From contig OZ024744.1 of NCBI GenBank assembly GCA_964016885.1, positions 116,064,001-116,128,000 of the forward strand: a stretch of 64,000 bases of DNA, given 5' to 3'. Below the pieces are notes generated by a model. That model did no database searches. It saw only the letters and a program-made list of their open reading frames with translations, and was not told where the DNA came from. The stretch is from Eledone cirrhosa. Its lineage: Eukaryota. How positions within the stretch are numbered: position 1 is the first letter of the stretch; the number at the start of each line of letters is the position of its first letter. Below are positions 27,201 to 43,140 of this stretch, in pieces. A program made the position numbers and the translations under genes.

Positions 27201-30200
27201 ATATATATATATATAATGTCTCTCATATCTTGTCTCTCTCTATATATATATAATGTCTCTCATATCTTGTCTCTCTCTCTATATATATAATGTCTCTCAT
27301 ATCTTGTCTCTCTCTATATATATATAATGTCTCTCATATCTTGTCTCTCTCTCTATATATACAATGTCTCTCATATCTTGTCTCTCTCTCTATATATATA
27401 TAATGTCTCTCATATCTTGTCTCTCTCTATATATATAATGTCTCTCATATCTTGTCGCTCTCTCTCTCTATATATAATGTCTCTCATATCTTGTCTCTTT
27501 CTCTATATATATATAATGTCTCTCATATCTTGTCTCTCTCTCTATATATATATAATGTCTCTCATATCTTGTCACTCTCTCTATATATATAATGTCTCTC
27601 ATATCTTATCTCTCTCTCTATATATATAAAAAGTCTCTCATATCTTGTCTCTCTCTCTATATATAATGTCTCTCATATCTTGTGTCTCTCTCTCTCTATA
27701 TATATATAATGTCTCTCATATCTTGTCTCTCTCTCTCTATATATAATGTCTCTCATATCTTGTCTCTCTCTCTCTCTATATATAATGTCTCTCATATCTT
27801 GTCTCTCTCTATATATATAATGTCTCTCATATCTTGTATCTCTCTCTATATATATAATGTCTCTCATATCTTGTCTCTCTCTCTATATATATAATGTCTC
27901 TCATATCTTGTCTCTCTCTATATATATAATGTCTCTCATATCTTGTCTCTCTCTCTATATATATAATGTCTCTCATATCTTGTCTCTCTCTCTATATATA
28001 TATAATGTCTCTCATATCTTGTCTCTCTGTCTCTCTCTATATATAATGTCTCTCATATCTTGTCTCTCTCTCTATATATATATAAAGTCTCTCATATCTT
28101 GTCTCTCTCTCTATATACAATGTCTCTCATATCTTGTCTCTCTCTCTCTATATATATATAATGTCTCTCATATCTTGTCTCTCTCTCTATATATATAATG
28201 TCTCTCATATCTTGTCTCTCTCTCTATATATATAATGTCTCTCATATCTTATCTCTCTCTCTATATATATATATAATGTCTCTCATATCTTGTCTCTGTC
28301 TCTCTATATATATATAATGTCTCTCATATCTTGTCTCTCTCTCTCTATATATTTATGTAATGTCTCTCATATCTTGTCTCTCTCTCTATATATATAATGT
28401 CTCTCATATCGTGTCTCTCTCTCTATATGTATATAATGTCTCTCATATCTTGTCTCTCTCTCTCTATATATATAATGTCTCTCATATCTTGTCTCTCTCT
28501 CTATATATATATAATGTCTCTCATATCTTGTCTCTCTCTCTCTATATATATAATGTCTCTCATATCTTATCTCTCTCTCTATATATATAATGTCTCTCAT
28601 ATCTTGTCTCTCTCTCTCTATATATATATAATGTCTCTCATATCTTGTCTCTCTCTCTATATGTATATAATGTCTCTCATATCTTGTCCCTCTCTCTCTA
28701 TATATATAATGTCTCTCATATCTTGTCTCTCTCCCTCTCTCTCTATATAATGTCTCTCATATCTTGTCTCTCTCTCTCTATATATATATAATGTCTCTCA
28801 TATCTTGTCTCTCTCTCTATATATATAATGTCTCTCATATCTTGTCTCTCTCTCTATATACATATAACGTCTCTCATATCTTGTCTCTCTCTCTATATAT
28901 ATAATGTCTCTCATATCTTGTCTCTCTCTCTATATATATAATGTCTCTCATATCTTGTGTCTCTCTCTCTCTATATATATATAATGTCTCTCATATCTTG
29001 TCTCTCTCTCTATATATATAATGTCTCTCATATCTTGTCTCTCTCTCTCTCTATATATAATGTCTCTCATATCTTGTCTCTCTCTATATATATAATGTCT
29101 CTCATATCTTGTATCTCTCTCTATATATATAATGTCTCTCATATCTTGTCTCTCTCTATATATATATAATGTCTCTCATATCTTGTCTCTCTCTATATAT
29201 ATAATGTCTCTCATATCTTGTCTCTCTCTCTATATATATAATGTCTCTCATATCTTGTCTCTCTCTCTATATATATATAATGTCTCTCATATCTTGTCTC
29301 TCTGTCTCTCTCTATATATAATGTCTTTCATATCTTGTCTCTCTCTCTATATATATATAATGTCTCTCATATCTTGTCTCTCTCTCTATATATATATAAT
29401 GTCTCTCATATCTTGTCTCTCTCTCTATATATATAATGTCTCTCATATCTTGTGTCTCTCTCTCTCTATATATATATAATGTCTCTCATATCTTGTCTCT
29501 CTCTCTCTATATATATATAATGTCTCTCATATCTTGTCTCTCTCTCTATATATACAATGTCTCTCATATCTTGTCTCTCTCTATATATATATATAATGTC
29601 TCTCATATCTTGTCTCTCTCTATATATATAATGTCTCTCATATCTTGTCGCTCTCTCTCTATATATATAATGTCTCTCATATCTTGTCTCTCTCTATATA
29701 TATAATGTCTCTCATATCTTGTCACTCTCTCTCTATATATATAATGTCTCTCATATCTTGTCTCTCTCTCTCTCTATATATATAATGTCTCTCATATCTT
29801 GTCTCTCTCTCTATATATACAATGTCTCTCATATCTTGTCTCTTTCTCTATATATATATAATGTCTCTCATATCTTGTCTCTCTCTCTATATATATATAA
29901 TGTCTCTCATATCTTGTCTCTCTCTCTATATATATAATGTCTCTCATATCTTATCTCTCTCTCTATATATATATAAAGTCTCTCATATCTTGTCTCTCTC
30001 TCTATATATAATGTCTCTCATATCTTGTGTCTCTCTCTCTCTATATATATATAATGTCTCTCATATCTTGTCTCTCTCTCTATATATATAATGTCTCTCA
30101 TATCTTGTCTCTCTCTCTATATATATATAATGTCTCTCATATCTTGTCTCTCTCTCTCTATATATTTAATGTCTCTCATATCTTGTCTCTCTCTCTATAT

Positions 30201-33200
30201 ATATAATGTCTCTCATATCTTGTCTCTCTCTATATATATAATGTCTCTTATATCTTGTCTCTCTCTCTATATATATAATGTCTCTCATATCTTGTCTCTC
30301 TCTCTATATATATATAATGTCTCTCATATCTTGTCTCTCTGTCTCTCTCTATATATAATGTCTCTCATATCTTGTCTCTCTCTCTCTATATATATATAAA
30401 GTCTCTCATATCTTGTCTCTCTCTCTATATACAATGTCTCTCATATCTTGTCTCTCTCTCTCTATATATATATATAATGTCTCTCATATCTTGTCTCTCT
30501 CTCTATATATATATAATGTCTCTCATATCTTGTCCCTCTCTCTCTATAAATAATGTTTCTCATATCTTGTCCCTCTCTCTCTATATATATATAATGTCTC
30601 ACATATCTTGTCTCTCTCTCTCTATATATATATAATGTCTCTCATATCTTGTCTCTCTCTCTATATATACAATGTCTCTCATATCTTGTCTCTTTCTCTA
30701 TATATATATAATGTCTCTCATATCTTGTCTCTCTCTCTCTATATATATAAAGTCTCTCATATCTTGTCTCTCTCTCTATATATAATGTCTCTCATATCTT
30801 GTGTCTCTCTCTATATATATATATATAATGTCTCTCATATCTTGTCTCTCTCTCTATATATATAATGTCTCTCATATCTTGTCTCTCTCTCTCTATATAT
30901 ATAACGTCTCTCATATCTTGTCTCTCTCTCTATATATATAATGTCTCTCATATCTTGTATCTCTCTCTATATATATAATGTCTCTCATATCTTGTCTCTC
31001 TCTATATATATATAATGTCTCTCATATCTTGTCTCTCTCTATATATATAATGTCTCTCATATCTTGTCTCTCTCTCTATATATATATTATGTCTCTCATA
31101 TCTTGTCTCTCTCTCTCTATATATATATAATGTCTCTCATATCTTGTCTCTCTCTCTATATATACAATGTCTCTCATATCTTGTCTCTCTCTCTATATAT
31201 ATATAATGTCTCTCATATCTTGTCTCTCTCTATATATATAATGTCTCTCATATCTTGTCGCTCTCTCTCTATATATATAATGTCTCTCATATCTTATCTC
31301 TCTCTATATATATAATGTCTCTCATATCTTGTCTCTCTCTCTATATATACAATGTCTCTCATATCTTGTCTCTCTCTCTATATATATATAATGTCTCTCA
31401 TATCTTGTCTCTCTCTATATATATAATGTCTCTCATATCTTGTCGCTCTCTCTCTCTATATATAATGTCTCTCATATCTTGTCTCTCTCTATATATATAT
31501 AATGTCTCTCATATCTTGTCTCTCTCTCTATATATACAATGTCTCTCATATCTTCTCTCTCTCTCTATATATATATAATGTCTCTCATATCTTGTCTCTC
31601 TCTCTATATATACAATGTCTCTCATATCTTGTCTCTTTCTCTATATATATATAATGTCTCTCATATCTTGTCTCTCTCTCTCTATATATATAATGTCTCT
31701 CATATCTTGTCTCTCTCTCTATATATATAATGTCTCTCATATCTTATCTCTCTCTCTATATATATATAAAGTCTCTCATATCTTGTCTCTCTCTCTATAT
31801 ATAATGTCTCTCATATCTTGTGTCTCTCTCTCTCTATATATATATAATGTCTCTCATATCTTGTCTCTCTCTCTATATATATTAATGTCTCTCATATCTT
31901 GTCTCTCTCTCTCTCTATATATAATGTCTCTCATATCTTGTCTCTCTCTATATATATAATGTCTCTCATATCTTGTATCTCTCTCTATATATATAATGTC
32001 TCTCATATCTTGTCTCTCTCTCTATATATATAATGTCTCTCATATCTTGTCTCTCTCTATATATATAATGTCTCTCATATCTTGTCTCTCTCTCTATATA
32101 TATAATGTCTCTCATATCTTGTCTCTCTCTCTATATATATATAATGTCTCTCATATCTTGTCTCTCTGTCTCTCTCTATATATAATGTCTCTCATATCTT
32201 GTCTCTCTCTCTATATATATATAAAGTCTCTCATATCTTGTCTCTCTCTCTATATACAATGTCTCTCATATCTTGTCTCTCTCTCTCTATATATATATAA
32301 TGTCTCTCATATCTTGTCTCTCTCTCTATATATATAATGTCTCTCATATCTTGTCTCTCTCTCTATATATATAATGTCTCTCATATCTTGTCTCTCTCTA
32401 TATATATATAATGTCTCTCATATCTTGTCTCTCTCTCTATATATACAATGTCTCTCATATCTTGTCTCTCTCTCTATATATATATAATGTCTCTCATATC
32501 TTGTCTCTCTCTATATATATAATGTCTCTCATATCTTGTCGCTCTCTCTCTCTATATATAATGTCTCTCATATCTTGTCTCTCTCTCTATATATATAATG
32601 TCTCTCATATCTTGTCTCTCTCTCTATATATACAATGTTTCTCATATCTTCTCTCTCTCTATATATATATATAATGTCTCTCATATCTTGTCTCTCTCTC
32701 TATATATACAATGTCTCTCATATCTTGTCTCTTTCTCTATATATATATAATGTCTCTCATATCTTGTCTCTCTCTCTATATATATATAATGTCTCTCATA
32801 TCTTGTCTCTCTCTCTATATATATAATGTCTCTCATATCTTATCTCTCTCTCTATATATATATAAAGTCTCTCATATCTTGTCTCTCTCTCTATATATAA
32901 TGTCTCTCATATCTTGTGTCTCTCTCTCTCTATATATATATAATGTCTCTCATATCTTGTCTCTCTCTCTATATATATAATGTCTCTCATATCTTGTCTC
33001 TCTCTCTCTCTATATATAATGTCTCTCATATCTTGTCTCTCTCTATATATATAATGTCTCTCATATCTTGTATCTCTCTCTATATATATAATGTCTCTCA
33101 TATCTTGTCTCTCTCTCTATATATATAATGTCTCTCATATCTTGTCTCTCTCTATATATATAATGTCTCTCATATCTTGTCTCTCTCTCTATATATATAA

Positions 33201-34570
33201 TGTCTCTCATATCTTGTCTCTCTCTCTATATATATATAATGTCTCTCATATCTTGTCTCTCTGTCTCTCTCTATATATAATGTCTCTCATATCTTGTCTC
33301 TCTCTCTATATATATATAAAGTCTCTCATATCTTGTCTCTCTCTCTATATACAATGTCTCTCATATCTTGTCTCTCTCTCTCTATATATATATAATGTCT
33401 CTCATATCTTGTCTCTCTCTCTATATATATAATGTCTCTCATATCTTGTCTCTCTCTCTATATATATAATGTCTCTCATATCTTATCTCTCTCTCTATAT
33501 ATATATATAATGTCTCTCATATCTTGTCTCTGTCTCTCTATATATATATAATGTCTCTCATATCTTGTCTCTCTCTCTCTATATATTTATGTAATGTCTC
33601 TCATATCTTGTCTCTCTCTCTATATATATAATGTCTCTCATATCGTGTCTCTCTCTCTATATGTATATAATGTCTCTCATATCTTGTCTCTCTCTCTCTA
33701 TATATATAATGTCTCTCATATCTTGTCTCTCTCTCTATATATATATAATGTCTCTCATATCTTGTCTCTCTCTCTCTATATATATAATGTCTCTCATATC
33801 TTATCTCTCTCTCTATATATATAATGTCTCTCATATCTTGTCTCTCTCTCTCTATATATATATAATGTCTCTCATATCTTGTCTCTCTCTCTATATGTAT
33901 ATAATGTCTCTCATATCTTGTCCCTCTCTCTCTATATATATAATGTCTCTCATAACTTGTCTCTCTCCCTTTCTCTCTATATAATGTCTCTCATATCTTG
34001 TCTCTCTCTCTCTCTATATATATAATGTCTCTCATATCTTGTCTCTCTCTCTATATATATAATGTCTCTCATATCTTGTCTCTCTCTCTATATACATATA
34101 ACGTCTCTCATATCTTGTCTCTCTCTCTATATATATAATGTCTCTCATATCTTGTCTCTCTCTCTCTATATATAATGTCTCTCATATCTTGTGTCTCTCT
34201 CTCTCTATATATATATAATGTCTCTCATATCTTGTCTCTCTCTCTATATATATAATGTCTCTCATATCTTGTCTCTCTCTCTCTCTATATATAATGTCTC
34301 TCATATCTTGTCTCTCTCTATATATATAATGTCTCTCATATCTTGTATCTCTCTCTATATATATAATGTCTCTCATATCTTGTCTCTCTCTATATATATA
34401 TAATGTCTCTCATATCTTGTCTCTCTCTATATATATAATGTCTCTCATATCTTGTCTCTCTCTCTATATATATAATGTCTCTCATATCTTGTCTCTCTCT
34501 CTATATATATATAATGTCTCTCATATCTTGTCTCTCTGTCTCTCTCTATATATAATGTCTTTCATATCTT
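24400..34570. repeat. Higher-order tandem duplication, ~5.1-5.2 kb period (~24400-29340 vs ~29480-34570)
   Basis: 25523/30608 and 25979/31064 (+5085), 26912/31996 and 27327/32411 (+5084), 27857/33091, 28360/33594 and 29132/34366 (+5234). Both copies share the ATCGTG marker (~28408/~33642). Confidence 0.85.
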
Positions 34571-37500
34571 GTCTCTCTCTCTATATATATATAAAGTCTC
34601 TCATATCTTGTCTCTCTCTCTATATACAATGTCTCTCATATCTTGTCTCTCTCTCTCTATAAATATATAATGTCTCTCATATCTTGTCTCTCTCTCTATA
34701 TATATATAATGTCTCTCATATCTTGTCTCTCTCTCTATATATATAATGTCTCTCATATCTTATCTCTCTCTCTCTCTCTATATATAATGTCTCTCATATC
34801 TTGTCTCTGTCTCTCTATATATATATAATGTCTCTCATATCTTGTCTCTCTCTCTCTCTATATTTATGTAATGTCTCTCATATCTTGCCTCTCTCTCTAT
34901 ATATATAATGTCTCTCATATCTTGTCTCTCTCTCTATATGTATATAATGTCTCTCATATCTTGTCTCTCTCTCTCTCTATATATAATGTCTCTCATATCT
35001 TGTCTCTCTCTCTATATATATATAATGTCTCTCATATCTTGTCTCTCTCTCTCTATATATATAATGTCTCTCATATCTTATCTCTCTCTGTATATATAAT
35101 GTCTCTCATATCTTGTCTCTCTCTCTATATAAATATATAATGTCTCTCATATCTTGTCTCTCTCTCTATATGTATATAATGTCTCTCATATCTTGTCCCT
35201 CTCTCTCTATATATATAATGTCTCTCATATCTTGTCTCTCTCCCTCTCTCTCTATATAATGTCTCTCATATCTTGTCTCTCTCTCTCTCTATATATATAA
35301 TGTCTCTCATATCTTGTCTCTCTCTCTATATATATAATGTCTCTCATATCTTGTCTCTCTCTCTATATACATATAACGTCTCTCATATCTTGTCTCTCTC
35401 TCTATATATATAATGTCTCTCATATCTTGTCTCTCTCTCTCTCTATATATATATAATGTCTCTCATATCTTGTCTCTCACTCTATATATATATAATGTGT
35501 CTCATATCTTGTCCCTCTCTCTCTATATATAATGTCTCTCATATCTTGTCTCTCTCTCTATATATACAATGTCTCTCATATCTTGTCTCTCTCTCTATAT
35601 ATATATAATGTCTCTCATATCTTGTCTCTCTCTATATATATAATGTCTCTCATATCTTGTCGCTCTCTCTCTCTATATATAATGTCTCTCATATCTTGTC
35701 TCTCTCTATATATATATAATGTCTCTCATATCTTGTCTCTCTCTCTATATATACAATGTCTCTCATATCTTCTCTCTCTCTCTATATATATATAATGTCT
35801 CTCATATCTTGTCTCTCTCTCTATATATACAATGTCTCTCATATCTTGTCTCTTTCTCTATATATATATAATGTCTCTCATATCTTGTCTCTCTCTCTAT
35901 ATATATATAATGTCTCTCATATCTTGTCTCTCTCTCTATATATATAATGTCTCTCATATCTTATCTCTCTCTCTATATATATATAAAGTCTCTCATATCT
36001 TGTCTCTCTCTCTATATATAATGTCTCTCATATCTTGTGTCTCTCTCTCTCTATATATATATAATGTCTCTCATATCTTGTCTCTCTCTCTATATATATA
36101 ATGTCTCTCATATCTTGTCTCTCTCTCTCTATATATATAATGTCTCTCATATCTTGTCTCTCTCTATATATATAATGTCTCTCATATCTTGTATCTCTCT
36201 CTATATATATAATGTCTCTCATATCTTGTCTCTCTCTCTATATATATAATGTCTCTCATATCTTGTCTCTCTCTATATATATAATGTCTCTCATATCTTG
36301 TCTCTCTCTCTATATATATAATGTCTCTCATATCTTGTCTCTCTCTCTATATATATATAATGTCTCTCATATCTTGTCACTCTCTCTCTCTATATATAAT
36401 GTCTCTCATATCTTATCTCTCTCTCTATATATATAATGTCTCTCATATCTTGTCTCTCTCTCTATATATATAAATGTCTCTCATATCTTGTCTCTCACTC
36501 TCTATATATAATGTCTCTCATATCTTGTCCCTCTCTCTCTCTATATATAATGTCTCTCATATCTTGTCTCTCTCCCTCTCTCTCTATATAATGTCTCTCA
36601 TATCTTGTCTCTCTCTCTCTATATATATATATTGTCTCTCATATCTTGTCTCTCTCTCTATATATATAATGTCTCTCATATCTTGTCTCTCTCTCTATAT
36701 ACATATAATGTCTCTCATATCTTGTCTCTCTCTCTATATATATAATGTCTCTCATATCTTGCCTCTCTCTCTATATATATATATAAAATGTCTCTCATAT
36801 CTTGTCTCTCTCTCTATATATATATAATGTCTCTCATATCTTGCCCCTCTCTCTCTATAAATAATGTTTCTCATATCTTGTCCCTCTCTCTCTATATATA
36901 TATAATGTCTCTCATATCTTGTCTCTCTCTATATATATATAATGTCTCTCATATCTTGTCTCTCTCTCTATATATATATAATGTCTCTCATATCTTGTCT
37001 CTCTCTCTATATATATAATGCCTCTCATATCTTATCTCTCTCTCTCTATATATATAAAATGCCTCTCATATCTTGTCTCTCTCTCTCTATATATATATAA
37101 TGTCTCTCATATCTTGTCTCTCTCTCTATATATACAATGTCTCTCATATCTTGTCTCTCTCTCTATATATATATAATGTCTCTCATATCTTGTCTCTCTC
37201 TATATATATAATGTCTCTCATATCTTGTCGCTCTCTCTCTATATATATAATGTCTCTCATATCTTATCTCTCTCTATATATATATAATGTCTCTCATATC
37301 TTGTCTCTCTCTCTATATATACAATGTCTCTCATATCTTGTCTCTCTCTCTATATATATATAATGTCTCTCATATCTTGTCTCTCTCTATATATATAATG
37401 TCTCTCATATCTTGTCGCTCTCTCTCTCTATATATAATGTCTCTCATATCTTGTCTCTCTCTATATATATATAATGTCTCTCATATCTTGTCTCTCTCTC

Positions 37501-40500
37501 TATATATACAATGTCTCTCATATCTTCTCTCTCTCTCTATATATATATAATGTCTCTCATATCTTGTCTCTCTCTCTATATATACAATGTCTCTCATATC
37601 TTGTCTCTTTCTCTATATATATATAATGTCTCTCATATCTTGTCTCTCTCTCTCTATATATATAATGTCTCTCATATCTTGTCTCTCTCTCTATATATAT
37701 AATGTCTCTCATATCTTATCTCTCTCTCTATATATATATAAAGTCTCTCATATCTTATCTCTCTCTCTATATATAATGTCTCTCATATCTTGTGTCTCTC
37801 TCTCTCTATATATATATAATGTCTCTCATATCTTGTCTCTCTCTCTATATATATAATGTCTCTCATATCTTGTCTCTCTCTCTCTCTATATATAATGTCT
37901 CTCATATCTTGTCTCTCTCTATATATATAATGTCTCTCATATCTTGTATCTCTCTCTATATATATAATGTCTCTCATATCTTGTCTCTCTCTCTATATAT
38001 ATAATGTCTCTCATATCTTGTCTCTCTCTATATATATAATGTCTCTCATATCTTGTCTCTCTCTCTATATATATAATGTCTCTCATATCTTGTCTCTCTC
38101 TCTATATATATATAATGTCTCTCATATCTTGTCTCTCTGTCTCTCTCTATATATAATGTCTCTCATATCTTGTCTCTCTCTCTATATATATATAAAGTCT
38201 CTCATATCTTGTCTCTCTCTCTATATACAATGTCTCTCATATCTTGTCTCTCTCTCTCTATATATATATAATGTCTCTCATATCTTGTCTCTCTCTCTAT
38301 ATATATAATGTCTCTCATATCTTGTCTCTCTCTCTATATATATAATGTCTCTCATATCTTGTCTCTCTCTATATATATATAATGTCTCTCATATCTTGTC
38401 TCTCTCTCTATATATACAATGTCTCTCATATCTTGTCTCTCTCTCTATATATATATAATGTCTCTCATATCTTGTCTCTCTCTATATATATAATGTCTCT
38501 CATATCTTGTCGCTCTCTCTCTCTATATATAATGTCTCTCATATCTTGTCTCTCTCTCTATATATATAATGTCTCTCATATCTTGTCTCTCTCTCTATAT
38601 ATACAATGTTTCTCATATCTTCTCTCTCTCTATATATATATATAATGTCTCTCATATCTTGTCTCTCTCTCTATATATACAATGTCTCTCATATCTTGTC
38701 TCTTTCTCTATATATATATAATGTCTCTCATATCTTGTCTCTCTCTCTATATATATATAATGTCTCTCATATCTTGTCTCTCTCTCTATATATATAATGT
38801 CTCTCATATCTTATCTCTCTCTCTATATATATATAAAGTCTCTCATATCTTGTCTCTCTCTCTATATATAATGTCTCTCATATCTTGTGTCTCTCTCTCT
38901 CTATATATATATAATGTCTCTCATATCTTGTCTCTCTCTCTATATATATAATGTCTCTCATATCTTGTCTCTCTCTCTCTCTATATATAATGTCTCTCAT
39001 ATCTTGTCTCTCTCTATATATATAATGTCTCTCATATCTTGTATCTCTCTCTATATATATAATGTCTCTCATATCTTGTCTCTCTCTCTATATATATAAT
39101 GTCTCTCATATCTTGTCTCTCTCTATATATATAATGTCTCTCATATCTTGTCTCTCTCTCTATATATATAATGTCTCTCATATCTTGTCTCTCTCTCTAT
39201 ATATATATAATGTCTCTCATATCTTGTCTCTCTGTCTCTCTCTATATATAATGTCTCTCATATCTTGTCTCTCTCTCTATATATATATAAAGTCTCTCAT
39301 ATCTTGTCTCTCTCTCTATATACAATGTCTCTCATATCTTGTCTCTCTCTCTCTATATATATATAATGTCTCTCATATCTTGTCTCTCTCTCTATATATA
39401 TAATGTCTCTCATATCTTGTCTCTCTCTCTATATATATAATGTCTCTCATATCTTATCTCTCTCTCTATATATATATATAATGTCTCTCATATCTTGTCT
39501 CTGTCTCTCTATATATATATAATGTCTCTCATATCTTGTCTCTCTCTCTCTATATATTTATGTAATGTCTCTCATATCTTGTCTCTCTCTCTATATATAT
39601 AATGTCTCTCATATCGTGTCTCTCTCTCTATATGTATATAATGTCTCTCATATCTTGTCTCTCTCTCTCTATATATATAATGTCTCTCATATCTTGTCTC
39701 TCTCTCTATATATATATAATGTCTCTCATATCTTGTCTCTCTCTCTCTATATATATAATGTCTCTCATATCTTATCTCTCTCTCTATATATATAATGTCT
39801 CTCATATCTTGTCTCTCTCTCTCTATATATATATAATGTCTCTCATATCTTGTCTCTCTCTCTATATGTATATAATGTCTCTCATATCTTGTCCCTCTCT
39901 CTCTATATATATAATGTCTCTCATAACTTGTCTCTCTCCCTTTCTCTCTATATAATGTCTCTCATATCTTGTCTCTCTCTCTCTCTATATATATAATGTC
40001 TCTCATATCTTGTCTCTCTCTCTATATATATAATGTCTCTCATATCTTGTCTCTCTCTCTATATACATATAACGTCTCTCATATCTTGTCTCTCTCTCTA
40101 TATATATAATGTCTCTCATATCTTGTCTCTCTCTCTCTATATATAATGTCTCTCATATCTTGTGTCTCTCTCTCTCTATATATATATAATGTCTCTCATA
40201 TCTTGTCTCTCTCTCTATATATATAATGTCTCTCATATCTTGTCTCTCTCTCTCTATATATATAATGTCTCTCATATCTTGTCTCTCTCTATATATATAA
40301 TGTCTCTCATATCTTGTATCTCTCTCTATATATATAATGTCTCTCATATCTTGTCTCTCTCTATATATATATAATGTCTCTCATATCTTGTCTCTCTCTA
40401 TATATATAATGTCTCTCATATCTTGTCTCTCTCTCTATATATATAATGTCTCTCATATCTTGTCTCTCTCTCTATATATATATAATGTCTCTCATATCTT

Positions 40501-43140
40501 GTCTCTCTGTCTCTCTCTATATATAATGTCTTTCATATCTTGTCTCTCTCTCTATATATATATAAAGTCTCTCATATCTTGTCTCTCTCTCTATATACAA
40601 TGTCTCTCATATCTTGTCTCTCTCTCTCTATAAATATATAATGTCTCTCATATCTTGTCTCTCTCTCTATATATATATAATGTCTCTCATATCTTGTCTC
40701 TCTCTCTATATATATAATGTCTCTCATATCTTATCTCTCTCTCTCTCTATATATATAATGTCTCTCATATCTTGTCTCTGTCTCTCTCTATATATATAAT
40801 GTCTCTCATATCTTGTCTCTCTCTCTCTCTATATTTATGTAATGTCTCTCATATCTTGTCTCTCTCTCTATATATATAATGTCTCTCATATCTTGTCTCT
40901 CTCTCTATATGTATATAATGTCTCTCATATCTTGTCTCTCTCTCTCTCTATATATAATGTCTCTCATATCTTGTCTCTCTCTCTATATATATATAATGTC
41001 TCTCATATCTTGTCTCTCTCTCTCTATATATATAATGTCTCTCATATCTTATCTCTCTCTCTGTATATATAATGTCTCTCATATCTTGTCTCTCTCTCTA
41101 TATAAATATATAATGTCTCTCATATCTTGTCTCTCTCTCTATATGTATATAATGTCTCTCATATCTTGTCCCTCTCTCTCTATATATATAATGTCTCTCA
41201 TATCTTGTCTCTCTCCCTCTCTCTCTATATAATGTCTCTCATATCTTGTCTCTCTCTCTCTCTATATATATAATGTCTCTCATATCTTGTCTCTCTCTCT
41301 ATATATATAATGTCTCTCATATCTTGTCTCTCTCTCTATATACATATAACGTCTCTCATATCTTGTCTCTCTCTCTATATATATAATGTCTCTCATATCT
41401 TGTCTCTCTCTCTCTCTATATATATATAATGTCTCTCATATCTTGTCTCTCACTCTATATATATATAATGTGTCTCATATCTTGTCCCTCTCTCTCTATA
41501 TATAATGTCTCTCATATCTTGTCTCTCTCTCTATATATACAATGTCTCTCATATCTTGTCTCTCTCTCTATATATATATAATGTCTCTCATATCTTGTCT
41601 CTCTCTATATATATAATGTCTCTCATATCTTGTCGCTCTCTCTCTCTATATATAATGTCTCTCATATCTTGTCTCTCTCTATATATATATAATGTCTCTC
41701 ATATCTTGTCTCTCTCTCTATATATACAATGTCTCTCATATCTTCTCTCTCTCTCTATATATATATAATGTCTCTCATATCTTGTCTCTCTCTCTATATA
41801 TACAATGTCTCTCATATCTTGTCTCTTTCTCTATATATATATAATGTCTCTCATATCTTGTCTCTCTCTCTATATATATATAATGTCTCTCATATCTTGT
41901 CTCTCTCTCTATATATATAATGTCTCTCATATCTTATCTCTCTCTCTATATATATATAAAGTCTCTCATATCTTGTCTCTCTCTCTATATATAATGTCTC
42001 TCATATCTTGTGTCTCTCTCTCTCTATATATATATAATGTCTCTCATATCTTGTCTCTCTCTCTATATATATAATGTCTCTCATATCTTGTCTCTCTCTC
42101 TCTATATATATAATGTCTCTCATATCTTGTCTCTCTCTATATATATAATGTCTCTCATATCTTGTATCTCTCTCTATATATATAATGTCTCTCATATCTT
42201 GTCTCTCTCTCTATATATATAATGTCTCTCATATCTTGTCTCTCTCTATATATATAATGTCTCTCATATCTTGTCTCTCTCTCTATATATATAATGTCTC
42301 TCATATCTTGTCTCTCTCTCTATATATATATAATGTCTCTCATATCTTGTCACTCTCTCTCTCTATATATAATGTCTCTCATATCTTATCTCTCTCTCTA
42401 TATATATAATGTCTCTCATATCTTGTCTCTCTCTCTATATATATATAATGTCTCTCATATCTTGTCTCTCACTCTCTATATATAATGTCTCTCATATCTT
42501 GTCCCTCTCTCTCTCTATATATAATGTCTCTCATATCTTGTCTCTCTCCCTCTCTCTCTATATAATGTCTCTCATATCTTGTCTCTCTCTCTCTATATAT
42601 ATATATTGTCTCTCATATCTTGTCTCTCTCTCTATATATATAATGTCTCTCATATCTTGTCTCTCTCTCTATATACATATAATGTCTCTCATATCTTGTC
42701 TCTCTCTCTATATATATAATGTCTCTCATATCTTGCCTCTCTCTCTATATATATATATAAAATGTCTCTCATATCTTGTCTCTCTCTCTATATATATATA
42801 ATGTCTCTCATATCTTGCCCCTCTCTCTCTATAAATAATGTTTCTCATATCTTGTCCCTCTCTCTCTATATATATATAATGTCTCTCATATCTTGTCTCT
42901 CTCTATATATATATAATGTCTCTCATATCTTGTCTCTCTCTCTATATATATATAATGTCTCTCATATCTTGTCTCTCTCTCTATATATATAATGCCTCTC
43001 ATATCTTATCTCTCTCTCTCTATATATATAAAATGCCTCTCATATCTTGTCTCTCTCTCTCTATATATATATAATGTCTCTCATATCTTGTCTCTCTCTC
43101 TATATATACAATGTCTCTCATATCTTGTCTCTCTCTCTAT
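31100..43140. repeat. Higher-order tandem duplication, ~5.97 kb period (~31100-37170 vs ~37070-43140)
   Basis: 31996/37967, 32411/38382, 33091/39062, 33594/39565 and 34643/40614 (+5971); 35532/41505 and 36212/42185 (+5973); 36788/42762 (+5974). Confidence 0.93.
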
